Below, piece after piece: positions 1 through 6,675 of a stretch of 46,324 nt of DNA. The stretch spans positions 1 to 46,324 of IMG/VR virus record IMGVR_UViG_3300036782_000034; one strand, written 5' to 3'. Source of the stretch: a virus. A model generated the notes under the pieces. That model was not told where the DNA came from. It saw only the letters and a list, made by a program, of their open reading frames with translations, and did no database searches. Within the stretch, counting starts at the first letter, position 1; every line of letters starts with the position of its first letter. Position numbers and translations under genes: made by a program.

Positions 1-109
1 CTTTGCACTCTTCAAGAAAATCAATAACTTCCTGAACATGCTCCCTTGTTGTCATAATCTCTATCACGTATCCTTCGTCGTTATAAACATTAACCTTACT
101 TCCTGTAAA
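1..109. repeat. Left copy of 109-bp terminal overlap (identical to 46216..46324)
   Basis: Read directly: ctttgcactcttcaagaaaatcaataacttcctgaac...ccttacttcctgtaaa is present at both window ends. Confidence 0.95.
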
Positions 110-160
110 CTCCATTCCACACATTCCGTCTGCACCTAATAGCTTTACGTTACCTTCCAT
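1..160 (-). CDS. Small hypothetical protein, 5' part of a 57-aa ORF that continues across the circular junction (MEGNVKLLGADGMCGMEFTGSKVNVYNDEGYVIEIMTTREHVQEVIDFLEECKGQME)
   Basis: ATG at 160 preceded by GTGAGGTTAAGAGA. The frame runs off the window start and resumes at 46324..46202, where TAG closes it. Confidence 0.5.
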   Translation of the reverse strand, partial: MEGNVKLLGADGMCGMEFTGSKVNVYNDEGYVIEIMTTREHVQEVIDFLEECK

Positions 161-245
161 TCTCTTAACCTCACTTTCTATTCAAATGAACCTTTATATT
201 AATCTTCTTCAAGTTTCATAATGTCTTTATGGATTAATTTGGCGC

Positions 246-274
246 TTACCCCCATGACCATTTCTTGTTATAAT
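246..274 (+). promoter_or_regulatory. Candidate sigma-A promoter with extended -10 (TTACCC-17-TGtTATAAT)
   Basis: TGTTATAAT at 266..274. Weak -35 at 246..251. Lies 37 nt upstream of the 311 ATG. Confidence 0.45.
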
Positions 275-310
275 TTCATGGTCATTTTACTAAAACGGAG
301 GTCTAACACC

Positions 311-457
311 ATGGATAAAGTAGAAATTGAAGAAATGAAAAAACTTGTTGAAATAATAAATTCTCACGACCCTAAATTTACAGATTTTATAAGAGAATCC
401 GATGTCTTCAAAAGAATGGTTGCTACTCTTAATGAACGCGAATTACTCGAAAAATAA
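311..457 (+). CDS. Small hypothetical protein (48 aa), a lone plus-strand gene inside the minus-strand early region
   Basis: Internal ATG of track ORF 221..457 with GGAGG 9 nt upstream. Has its own promoter-like element and terminator. Confidence 0.5.
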   Translation: MDKVEIEEMKKLVEIINSHDPKFTDFIRESDVFKRMVATLNERELLEK

Positions 458-464
458 ACATTTT

Positions 465-504
465 ATAAAACTGAACAGATATTCATAACCTTCTGTTCAG
501 TTTT
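465..504. terminator. Bidirectional intrinsic terminator
   Basis: ctgaacag(471-478)/ctgttcag(493-500) stem. T-run follows on plus and an A-run precedes it (U-run on minus). Sits between converging ORFs 311..457 and 522..734. Confidence 0.7.
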
Positions 505-521
505 ATATTCCTATTAAAGGA

Positions 522-734
522 TTATTTTGTTGAGTCTTTTGGTTTTTCCTTAAACTCTATAAATTTAATTTCTCTATTAGGAATTAATGCATTTTGAAAC
601 TGAATACATCCGGTTTGCCAATCTGACCTTTGATACATTTCGTTGAAAATTGGCCCAAATTCATTTTCAAATTCTTCATCGGGTACATACATATCTCTCT
701 GGCCACCATGAACAAAATGTACTATAACTTTCAT
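522..734 (-). CDS. Hypothetical protein (70 aa)
   Basis: ORF track. Co-oriented with the early operon. Confidence 0.6.
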   Translation of the reverse strand: MKVIVHFVHGGQRDMYVPDEEFENEFGPIFNEMYQRSDWQTGCIQFQNALIPNREIKFIEFKEKPKDSTK

Positions 735-813
735 TTCCTTCTCCCTCTCTGAATAAAACTCAATATTCCGTCAATACTGTAGACAACCCATTTCTTAACC
801 TTTTCCATTACCC

Positions 814-845
814 GAGCAGTTAGCTTTTGTTAGCTGCTCTTTTTA
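814..845 (+). terminator. Plus-strand-oriented hairpin + T-run (copy 1 of a ~32-bp repeat)
   Basis: gagcagttagc-tttt-gttagctgctc followed by ttttt. Pairs fully on plus with two G-U pairs, which are A-C mismatches on minus. Confidence 0.45.
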
Positions 846-1089
846 ATTCGTGCAACTCTTTTTCAAGTTCCTCAATACGTTCATCTCTTATTTGAACATC
901 ATCTTTTAGAAACTCAATTTCTTCTTTAAATTTCATTCTTTCATTACTTAGCTGTCGATACTCATGTATAGATGCTTCACGAGATACTCTTAAAAGTTTT
1001 ATTTCCTCATTCCTCAATTTGATTTGCTCTATAGCATGATCAAAATCATCTTTTAATAATTGATACTTTGTAGAGCCTTTCATATCCAT
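820..1089 (-). CDS. Coiled-coil hypothetical protein (89 aa)
   Basis: ORF track. Heptad-rich, E/K-rich sequence. RBS GGGGGAATGG before the ATG. Confidence 0.6.
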   Translation of the reverse strand: MDMKGSTKYQLLKDDFDHAIEQIKLRNEEIKLLRVSREASIHEYRQLSNERMKFKEEIEFLKDDVQIRDERIEELEKELHELKRAANKS

Positions 1090-1171
1090 TCCCCCTTGAA
1101 TAAATTCCTAAATCTTGTCCATACTATAAATACACTTGAGTTCTGAACTTCCTTCTTAATGCTTTTCTGGA

Positions 1172-1206
1172 GAGCAGTTAGCTTTTGCTAGCTGCTCTTT
1201 TATTTT
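1172..1206 (+). terminator. Plus-strand-oriented hairpin + T-run (copy 2 of the ~32-bp repeat)
   Basis: gagcagttagc-tttt-gctagctgctc followed by ttttatttt. One G-U pair on plus is a mismatch on minus. Confidence 0.45.
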
Positions 1207-1535
1207 AAATCCGGTTCATATTTATGTTTCTTCTGTATAAAGATCTCATGAACCAATTTCACGCAAAAATCCACGACATCCTCATCACTTGTAATATTCG
1301 CACCAATGTTAGCATTCTGAAATTCTTTTATATCCTGTATCATTTTCGTATTCGGTATTTGCTTCTCTAACATTTTTCGAATCACCTTAGATTGACTCTC
1401 TCCATCGTAATCACATAGAAACTCAATATCACTCCATAATTCTGTTGGTAAAGTTAGTGATACCTTTCTTGTTTCACCAATTGCTTTACGCCCTGCTCCT
1501 TCTCTTTTCCCACCACGATTGTTTTGTTCAGTCAT
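1200..1535 (-). CDS. Putative DNA-binding protein (basic N-terminus GGKREGAGRK, ribbon-helix-helix-like)
   Basis: ORF track. The N-terminal GAGRK-type basic motif followed by SLTLPTELW resembles small phage RHH regulators (recognition by eye only). Confidence 0.5.
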   Translation of the reverse strand: MTEQNNRGGKREGAGRKAIGETRKVSLTLPTELWSDIEFLCDYDGESQSKVIRKMLEKQIPNTKMIQDIKEFQNANIGANITSDEDVVDFCVKLVHEIFIQKKHKYEPDLK

Positions 1536-1654
1536 TATATATCTCTCCTTTGAATAAAGTTACTTTATTCAATTGTATTCTTCGTGGTAAATATTATCAA
1601 TTGATTTTAGTAACTTTATTCAAAAAAAGATTTCTACAAAATGAAATTTTTATA

Positions 1655-1852
1655 CTAATTACTGTCATCCCTCATAATCCAATTCAATTTCATAACTACC
1701 TGGTCTAAAATTCCTAATTGCAGATTAACACCCTCACGATATTCTTCACTATGGATTCTCGAAAATCCATTTTGGATCCGTTTTAAACCTGATTTTCTAC
1801 GTTCTAAATCAGTAATAAGTTGTTTAACTTCTTCAGATTTCAAACTGCACAT
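1655..1852 (-). CDS. Hypothetical protein (65 aa)
   Basis: ORF track. Co-oriented. Confidence 0.5.
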   Translation of the reverse strand: MCSLKSEEVKQLITDLERRKSGLKRIQNGFSRIHSEEYREGVNLQLGILDQVVMKLNWIMRDDSN

Positions 1853-1884
1853 CCTTTTCTACTCAAATAGCGTTTTGGTTTAAA

Positions 1885-2190
1885 TTACTTGTCTTTGTAT
1901 TCCATCTCCACAAAATCAGCTAATTCAATTTTCTTCTGCACTTCTTCTTCCAAATAATGAAATACCGCTTCTTCTCCGCCTTGCTCCCTTACATACGAAA
2001 CCCAGTTTTTCTGCGAATCATCTAATTCAAGTTTTAATGTCGCTTTAACAATCATTGTGTTTTCGCTCCGATCCATCGATTTTGTTTGTTTTTTCGAATC
2101 ACCTGTACCGTTGCAAAATAGACAAGGTAATTCGTTACCTTTGAAATCAATTGCATATCCTTCTCCGTTGCATAATGAACATGCATCCAT
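1885..2190 (-). CDS. DnaJ-type zinc-finger protein (CxxCxGxG x2)
   Basis: CSLCNGEGY...CLFCNGTG motifs. Start moved to the ATG at 2190, which has GAGGTG 6 nt upstream. Confidence 0.6.
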   Translation of the reverse strand: MDACSLCNGEGYAIDFKGNELPCLFCNGTGDSKKQTKSMDRSENTMIVKATLKLELDDSQKNWVSYVREQGGEEAVFHYLEEEVQKKIELADFVEMEYKDK

Positions 2191-2235
2191 AAAATTCACC
2201 TCACTTCCGCACAAGATAACGATTTTGTTTTGAAA

Positions 2236-2400
2236 TCAGTTAATGTTTTCACGTTCTTTGTATCCGCAATTTTTACATTCTAAAATTCGAAATGTCACTT
2301 CTGACATTGTTTTCACAGTTATACTGTTCTTAGGTTCGCTCTTCTTGATTTCACGTGATCCACACTCTGTACATTCAATTGCATATCCTGACTTATTCAT
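2236..2400 (-). CDS. Zinc-ribbon small protein, 54 aa (MNKSGYAIECTECGS...ECKNCGYKERENIN)
   Basis: Hand translation. Below the track cutoff. AAGGAG RBS 8 nt upstream. Two CxxC pairs. Displaces the antisense track ORF 2243..2527. Confidence 0.5.
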   Translation of the reverse strand: MNKSGYAIECTECGSREIKKSEPKNSITVKTMSEVTFRILECKNCGYKERENIN

Positions 2401-2427
2401 TTTCTATTCTCCTTTCAAACAACGATT

Positions 2428-2547
2428 TTATTTTGTTTTGTCACATTTACAATCGTGTAGCCACTCATCACACTTTCTACATTCGCATTCACAGTTTTCT
2501 AATTTCTCATCACACTTACTGCAGTAATCTATAACTTCATAGATCAT
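2428..2547 (-). CDS. Cys-rich small protein, 39 aa (MIYEVIDYCSKCDEKLENCECECRKCDEWLHDCKCDKTK)
   Basis: Hand translation. GGAGGA RBS 6 nt upstream. Ten cysteines. Confidence 0.4.
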   Translation of the reverse strand: MIYEVIDYCSKCDEKLENCECECRKCDEWLHDCKCDKTK

Positions 2548-2660
2548 GTTGATTCCTCCAATTCAAATAAGGATTTTGTTTAGTTTTCATTAACCTTTTT
2601 ATCCCCTTCTAATATAGTAATATTATCCAAGTGAATACCCAGGTTGCTCTGGACCAGTTA

Positions 2661-2685
2661 CCTTGTATTCCTTGTATTCCTTGTA
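2661..2685. repeat. Tandem 9-bp repeat ccttgtatt x2.7
   Basis: Read directly at 2661..2685. Confidence 0.8.
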
Positions 2686-2687
2686 CG

Positions 2688-2724
2688 CAGAACCCGCTAG
2701 TTATAACGGGTTCTGTTTACTTTT
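2688..2724 (+). terminator. Plus-strand-oriented hairpin + T-rich tail
   Basis: cagaacccg(2688-2696)/cgggttctg(2707-2715), then tttactttt. No U-run on the minus side. Confidence 0.4.
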
Positions 2725-2737
2725 GTCTATACAATAA

Positions 2738-2914
2738 CTATTTTGTTAAATTTTCAATAGTGAGGTTAATAGCTCCGGCTTGATCTAAACCTACTAATAA
2801 ATTCTCTGCTACTGCCTTTGCCATATGAGTAGCACATGCGATTTCCTTACCATCCACAATAATTTTTAATTCTTCTCCGAAATCTTCAATTTTTACATCC
2901 TTCATATTTTTCAT
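2738..2914 (-). CDS. Hypothetical small protein, 58 aa (MKNMKDVKIEDFGEELKIIVDGKEIACATH...)
   Basis: Hand translation. AGGGGA upstream (the second ATG at 2905 has better spacing). Below the track cutoff. Confidence 0.45.
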   Translation of the reverse strand: MKNMKDVKIEDFGEELKIIVDGKEIACATHMAKAVAENLLVGLDQAGAINLTIENLTK

Positions 2915-2950
2915 TCCCCTTTACGAATAATCTTTTTTGTATTACACATA

Positions 2951-3060
2951 CTACCTCTAAGCCGGTTTCTCCCCGGCCGCACTCTTTCAAAACGGAGCTC
3001 ACTCCTCCGTGTGCCGTGCAAGAACGTAGCAGGTAACTTAATCGGTTGCCTGCCGTTTTT
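2951..3060 (+). ncRNA. GC-rich structured island, candidate small RNA (strand tentative)
   Basis: Visibly GC-rich against AT-rich flanks. Hairpins gccgg/ccggc (2961-2977) and acggag/ctccgt (2992-3010), flanked by gcac/gtgc. Terminator-like gcaggtaac/gttgcctgc (3029-3053, one G-U on plus) followed by ttttt. Confidence 0.3.
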
Positions 3061-3107
3061 GTGTATAATTGTAAAGATTCTTGTACCAAATAACGCTTTT
3101 ATTAAGA

Positions 3108-3392
3108 TTAATAAGGGCTACTTCCTATATAACCTTCGTGTACATTCCATTGCTTGAACCATTCTCTAGCATGTTTTTGAAACACTTCTTCATGTTCTTG
3201 CGGAGTATTAACCATCCACTTATTAGTTTTCACAGTAAAATCATCCATATTATTTGGTAACGGAAAATGCCACGTCATATCGAAGGGATTCTTCCAGTAC
3301 CTTTGACCAATTTTCCAATTATATATTTTGTTATTTAGCAACAGTGCGCTTGCATACACATCATGAGGATAACCATCTACCCAATGAGCCAT
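3108..3392 (-). CDS. Hypothetical protein (94 aa, Trp-rich)
   Basis: ORF track. Start moved to the ATG at 3392 (AAAGGTGA 8 nt upstream). Confidence 0.6.
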   Translation of the reverse strand: MAHWVDGYPHDVYASALLLNNKIYNWKIGQRYWKNPFDMTWHFPLPNNMDDFTVKTNKWMVNTPQEHEEVFQKHAREWFKQWNVHEGYIGSSPY

Positions 3393-3431
3393 TATTCGCA
3401 TCACCTTTCTTAATAAAATTCAAATTTGGTC

Positions 3432-3935
3432 TTACTTTACCCCTGTGCTTCCGAAACCATTTTTGCCCCTCCGACTTTCCGACAGCTCGTCTACCTCAAC
3501 AAAATGAGCTGTTTCCACTGGCGCTATGACGCCTTGAGCAATTCTGTCACCTTTCTGTACAATCCTTGCTTCTTCATTAACAGGGTATTTAGTATCTATT
3601 ACATCCCCGTTCAAACCTGATACAGTAAAGTCATTGAAATCAGAATGCGTAGCTGTATTCTCTACAATGATGCCAATTCCATCACGATATCCACTATCAA
3701 TTGTCCCTAAGATTACTCTAAGTTTTGTTCTTGCCGATATTCCACTGCGAGGACGTATCTGCAATTCATATCCTGGTGGGATTTCAAATGCTAATCCAGT
3801 TGGAACGATTCTTGTTTCTCCAGGTCCTATAATTACATCCTCTGCTGCTACAAGATCAAAACCAGCATCGCCTGGCTTCGCATATTTCGGTAACTCCACA
3901 TCCTTCAATCTCTTAATTTTCACCCGTAAATTCAT
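3432..3935 (-). CDS. dut: dUTP diphosphatase (trimeric dUTPase)
   Basis: Motifs GDAGFDL, RPRSG, GTIDSGYRDGIG and C-terminal RGKNGFGSTG are typical of trimeric dUTPases. Confidence 0.9.
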   Translation of the reverse strand: MNLRVKIKRLKDVELPKYAKPGDAGFDLVAAEDVIIGPGETRIVPTGLAFEIPPGYELQIRPRSGISARTKLRVILGTIDSGYRDGIGIIVENTATHSDFNDFTVSGLNGDVIDTKYPVNEEARIVQKGDRIAQGVIAPVETAHFVEVDELSESRRGKNGFGSTGVK

Positions 3936-3949
3936 TTCCTATCCGCTCC

Positions 3950-4117
3950 TTATAAGTAACTTTTCAATTTCTCTTTCTGTTTCTTCAACACTTCCAAGGA
4001 AAGCTTGGTCTTCCGCTTCTCGTTATCCAATCCAACCAGATGATACTCAAGTTTATGAATCTCGCTTTCTACTACTGTGAGCTCACCTTCCAGCTGTATT
4101 TTGGTTTCTTTCTTCAT
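3950..4117 (-). CDS. Coiled-coil small protein, 55 aa
   Basis: Hand translation (MKKETKIQLEGELTVVESEIHKLEYH...). AGGAGGG RBS 7 nt upstream. Fills the gap between the NrdH-like gene and dut. Confidence 0.45.
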   Translation of the reverse strand: MKKETKIQLEGELTVVESEIHKLEYHLVGLDNEKRKTKLSLEVLKKQKEKLKSYL

Positions 4118-4127
4118 GCAATCCCTC

Positions 4128-4409
4128 CTACAGTCCTAAATGGCCCATGATCTTTCCTATGTTTTCGTCAAAGCCGCGTAAAATATCTACTCTTGTCGTA
4201 CCTTCATAGACATCAAAAGTAGGTAGTGTATTTGATTTTAGAAATTCCGTTAACTCATATTTGTATTTTGAATTTTTATCAACGTTTCTTTCTTTTAACA
4301 CAAGATTTTCTTTGATATGAGCAGGAAGGTTTTCAAGATGAACCTTCGCTCCTTTGCATTTACCACAATTTTCGCCAGTGTACATAATAATCACGATCTT
4401 AGTTGCCAT
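4128..4409 (-). CDS. Glutaredoxin/NrdH-like thiol redoxin
   Basis: 93 aa with N-terminal beta-strand + CGKC (CxxC) active-site pattern and thioredoxin-fold length. Confidence 0.7.
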   Translation of the reverse strand: MATKIVIIMYTGENCGKCKGAKVHLENLPAHIKENLVLKERNVDKNSKYKYELTEFLKSNTLPTFDVYEGTTRVDILRGFDENIGKIMGHLGL

Positions 4410-4478
4410 TCTCTTCAGTCTCCTTTGCTTCTGCTAATAATTGAGTTACTTCGTAAGTACCATGCTCTGTATATTTCA

Positions 4479-4772
4479 TTATTTTTCATCTCCTTTTTGT
4501 GGAATTTTTTCTATAACATTTAGACTCCAGTAAGACGGAATTCTATTGATATCACCTTCACCACTACCGTATTGAATTTCACCTTCTATATAAGTGGCTT
4601 CTACCTTCAAATCGTAATTCAAGTTATGCCCCTCTAAAATTTCAGTTTCTAATTGTTCAACTAAGTCATTATCTATTTCTGTCATAACCCCTAATGTCAT
4701 ATATCCATGAATTTCATAAATAAATGGGTTGCCTACATCATAGGTACTTACTATTACAGTGGTTTTATTCAT
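4479..4772 (-). CDS. Hypothetical protein (97 aa)
   Basis: Track ORF 4479..4838 trimmed to the ATG at 4772, which overlaps the stop of the upstream 45-aa ORF (ATGAATAA). Confidence 0.55.
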   Translation of the reverse strand: MNKTTVIVSTYDVGNPFIYEIHGYMTLGVMTEIDNDLVEQLETEILEGHNLNYDLKVEATYIEGEIQYGSGEGDINRIPSYWSLNVIEKIPQKGDEK

Positions 4773-4902
4773 TCTCCCCATCCCTTTCCAAAAGCCCCGC
4801 CAGTTCTTCAATCGACCCTTCAAATAAGTCGCGCCCATCTGGTAGCTTGTATATGTGATTATCGATTAATTTGTTGATTAAAACGTCTTGCTCTTGCTCC
4901 AT
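4765..4902 (-). CDS. Hypothetical small protein, 45 aa (MEQEQDVLINKLIDNHIYKLPDGRDLFEG...)
   Basis: Hand translation. AGGAGG RBS 4-5 nt upstream of the ATG at 4902. Confidence 0.4.
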   Translation of the reverse strand: MEQEQDVLINKLIDNHIYKLPDGRDLFEGSIEELAGLLERDGENE

Positions 4903-4910
4903 GTTGCCTC

Positions 4911-5318
4911 CTAGCTTATCTGCTGTACTTTCTTACGACTCACCACTGGCTTTGTAGCTGCTTCATAAGGTTTCATTCCTCTAGTAATCCGTCGATAAAA
5001 TGTAACGTCCTTAATTCCGTTCTTTCTTGCTAATTCCAAATACGTTGCGTACCCTACTGGTTTTGTAGCCGCTTCATATAGATCCATACCGTTTTTAACT
5101 CTTTTAAAAAAAGTCGGTTTGCTTATTCCATTTTGTTCAGCGAAAGTTATCATCCCAGCGTAAATTCCGCCTTTCTTCTTTCTTACAGGTACCGTTATAG
5201 CGCGCTCTAACTCCCATCCATACTCATTAACCCGCTGATATACATTTGATTTGCTAATGCCGTTCTTAGCAGCTTTCTCGTAATCCTCATCAGTGATGAA
5301 AGTTTCGTAATAATTCAC
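4911..5318 (-). CDS. Triple-repeat HTH-like DNA-binding protein (paralog A)
   Basis: Three ~35-45-aa internal repeats of A-x-x-NGI-x(4)-[FV]Y-x-R-x(3)-G-x(3)-E-A-A-T-K-P-V. Confidence 0.6.
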   Translation of the reverse strand: MNYYETFITDEDYEKAAKNGISKSNVYQRVNEYGWELERAITVPVRKKKGGIYAGMITFAEQNGISKPTFFKRVKNGMDLYEAATKPVGYATYLELARKNGIKDVTFYRRITRGMKPYEAATKPVVSRKKVQQIS

Positions 5319-5764
5319 AACGCTTCCTCCTTAACTTTTACTGAGCAACGTCTTCCTGTATTGATTGGCGGCGTTGTTGCTGCTTTCTCGTAATCCCATT
5401 TCCGTGTATGAATTCGTGACATGAAAGTTTGATAGCTAATTCCATTTTGTTTAGCGACATTCAACCACTTCTTTTCTGCTTTGTTCTTTTGTCTTACAGG
5501 CTTTGTTGCTGCTTCATAGCACTCCCACCCTAACCATAATCTGCTGTAAAAAGTGCTAATGTTTATACCGTTTTCTGATGCTACTTTGAGCCATTTTGCA
5601 TGTTTCCTTTCGTATTCATGCCTAACTGTACCGATCGGAGCTGTTATTGCTTTCTCTAAATCCCATTCAAAATCATAGACACGACTGTTCAATCTTTCTC
5701 TGTTTACCCCGTTAGCTGCTGCCCTTGCATATTCCTCACTAGTTAACCAGCGATTTAATGCCAT
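5315..5764 (-). CDS. Triple-repeat HTH-like DNA-binding protein (paralog B)
   Basis: Same three-fold repeat as 4911..5318 (AAANGVNRERLNSRV..., ASENGINISTFYSRL..., AKQNGISYQTFMSRI...). 4-nt overlap with paralog A. Confidence 0.6.
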   Translation of the reverse strand: MALNRWLTSEEYARAAANGVNRERLNSRVYDFEWDLEKAITAPIGTVRHEYERKHAKWLKVASENGINISTFYSRLWLGWECYEAATKPVRQKNKAEKKWLNVAKQNGISYQTFMSRIHTRKWDYEKAATTPPINTGRRCSVKVKEEAL

Positions 5765-5776
5765 TACTTCTCCCTC

Positions 5777-6049
5777 CTAATCCAACGCCATGATTTCATC
5801 TCTCGTACGTTCAGAACTAGTTATCCCAATCTTCTGAATGCCTTTACCATGTTCTTTCACTGCCGCGCTCCATGCTTCGCTCTCTGTTTTTACATCGAAC
5901 CAATCAATACGTCGCTTTTCTTCCTTGTCATAGAACTCCACAGCGTATGTCGTTATGACGCTAGGCTTCGCTAGGAATTGCTCTGCCGTGCTCTTTGCTT
6001 TGTAATCGAAAGTACCCAATATGTCGTCAAAACTTAGTTGACCGACCAT
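5777..6049 (-). CDS. Hypothetical protein (90 aa)
   Basis: ORF track. Tight spacing in the operon. Confidence 0.6.
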   Translation of the reverse strand: MVGQLSFDDILGTFDYKAKSTAEQFLAKPSVITTYAVEFYDKEEKRRIDWFDVKTESEAWSAAVKEHGKGIQKIGITSSERTRDEIMALD

Positions 6050-6050
6050 T

Positions 6051-6446
6051 TTATACGCCTCCGCTATTCAAATCTTTCATATCCCTTAGTTGTATCTTCA
6101 AAATGTTTATAATTTCAGTTGTTGAGTTATAAGCGTTTTTCCATCTCATGCATGCTGCTTCTGCTTGCGCTTCTGCTTTTCTATGCTCACTTGCTGCAAA
6201 TTCTGCTTGCATCTCACGTTCTTTCGCAGTTCCATTCGGATTGTAGGTGAAGCATTTTGCAATTGTTTCTTTCCGAATCGCTTCTGACATCTTCCAATCA
6301 CTTAACGCTGCTGCATGCAACTTTCCTGTCAGTGAGAGAATATCACCGTATGTTTTGAGTTTTTGTAGCAAATCACCAGGAAGATCTTCATCTAATCCTG
6401 CTGCTCTTGCATACAATCCCTTTAACTTTTCTTCATCCTTTGTCAT
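6051..6446 (-). CDS. Hypothetical protein (131 aa)
   Basis: ORF track. Confidence 0.6.
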   Translation of the reverse strand: MTKDEEKLKGLYARAAGLDEDLPGDLLQKLKTYGDILSLTGKLHAAALSDWKMSEAIRKETIAKCFTYNPNGTAKEREMQAEFAASEHRKAEAQAEAACMRWKNAYNSTTEIINILKIQLRDMKDLNSGGV

Positions 6447-6458
6447 TTCTCATCATCC

Positions 6459-6671
6459 TTACGCTGCCGCATTAATTCCGCGTCGTATCATATAATCCAC
6501 TAAGTATTCGTTCATTTTGTTTCTGAATCTCTCTTCAAAGAAATAAGTGAGCTTGTCCATGCTATCAGCGAAAGTAACTGCTTTTCTTTCGAATACAAGA
6601 TACTCAATTAATAACCAAGTGCTAACAATTCCGTCTTTCTTCGCTTCCGTATACATATCCATAACCGTCAT
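6459..6671 (-). CDS. Hypothetical protein (70 aa)
   Basis: Track ORF 6459..6761 trimmed to the ATG at 6671 (AAGGAG 9 nt upstream). This removes the overlap with the helicase gene. Confidence 0.55.
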   Translation of the reverse strand: MTVMDMYTEAKKDGIVSTWLLIEYLVFERKAVTFADSMDKLTYFFEERFRNKMNEYLVDYMIRRGINAAA

Positions 6672-6675
6672 AGCG

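Noticed and set aside
221-310. N-terminal 30 codons of track ORF 221..457
   Set aside because: They contain the promoter-like TGtTATAAT element. The internal ATG at 311 has a GGAGG RBS.
2243-2527. 94-aa plus-strand track ORF
   Set aside because: It is antisense to two small Cys-rich ORFs that have strong RBSs. Its sequence is low-complexity and S/F/L-rich.
2886-3089. 67-aa minus-strand track ORF
   Set aside because: It has a TTG start without an RBS. It overlaps the better-supported 58-aa ORF (2738..2914) and coincides with the GC-rich hairpin island.
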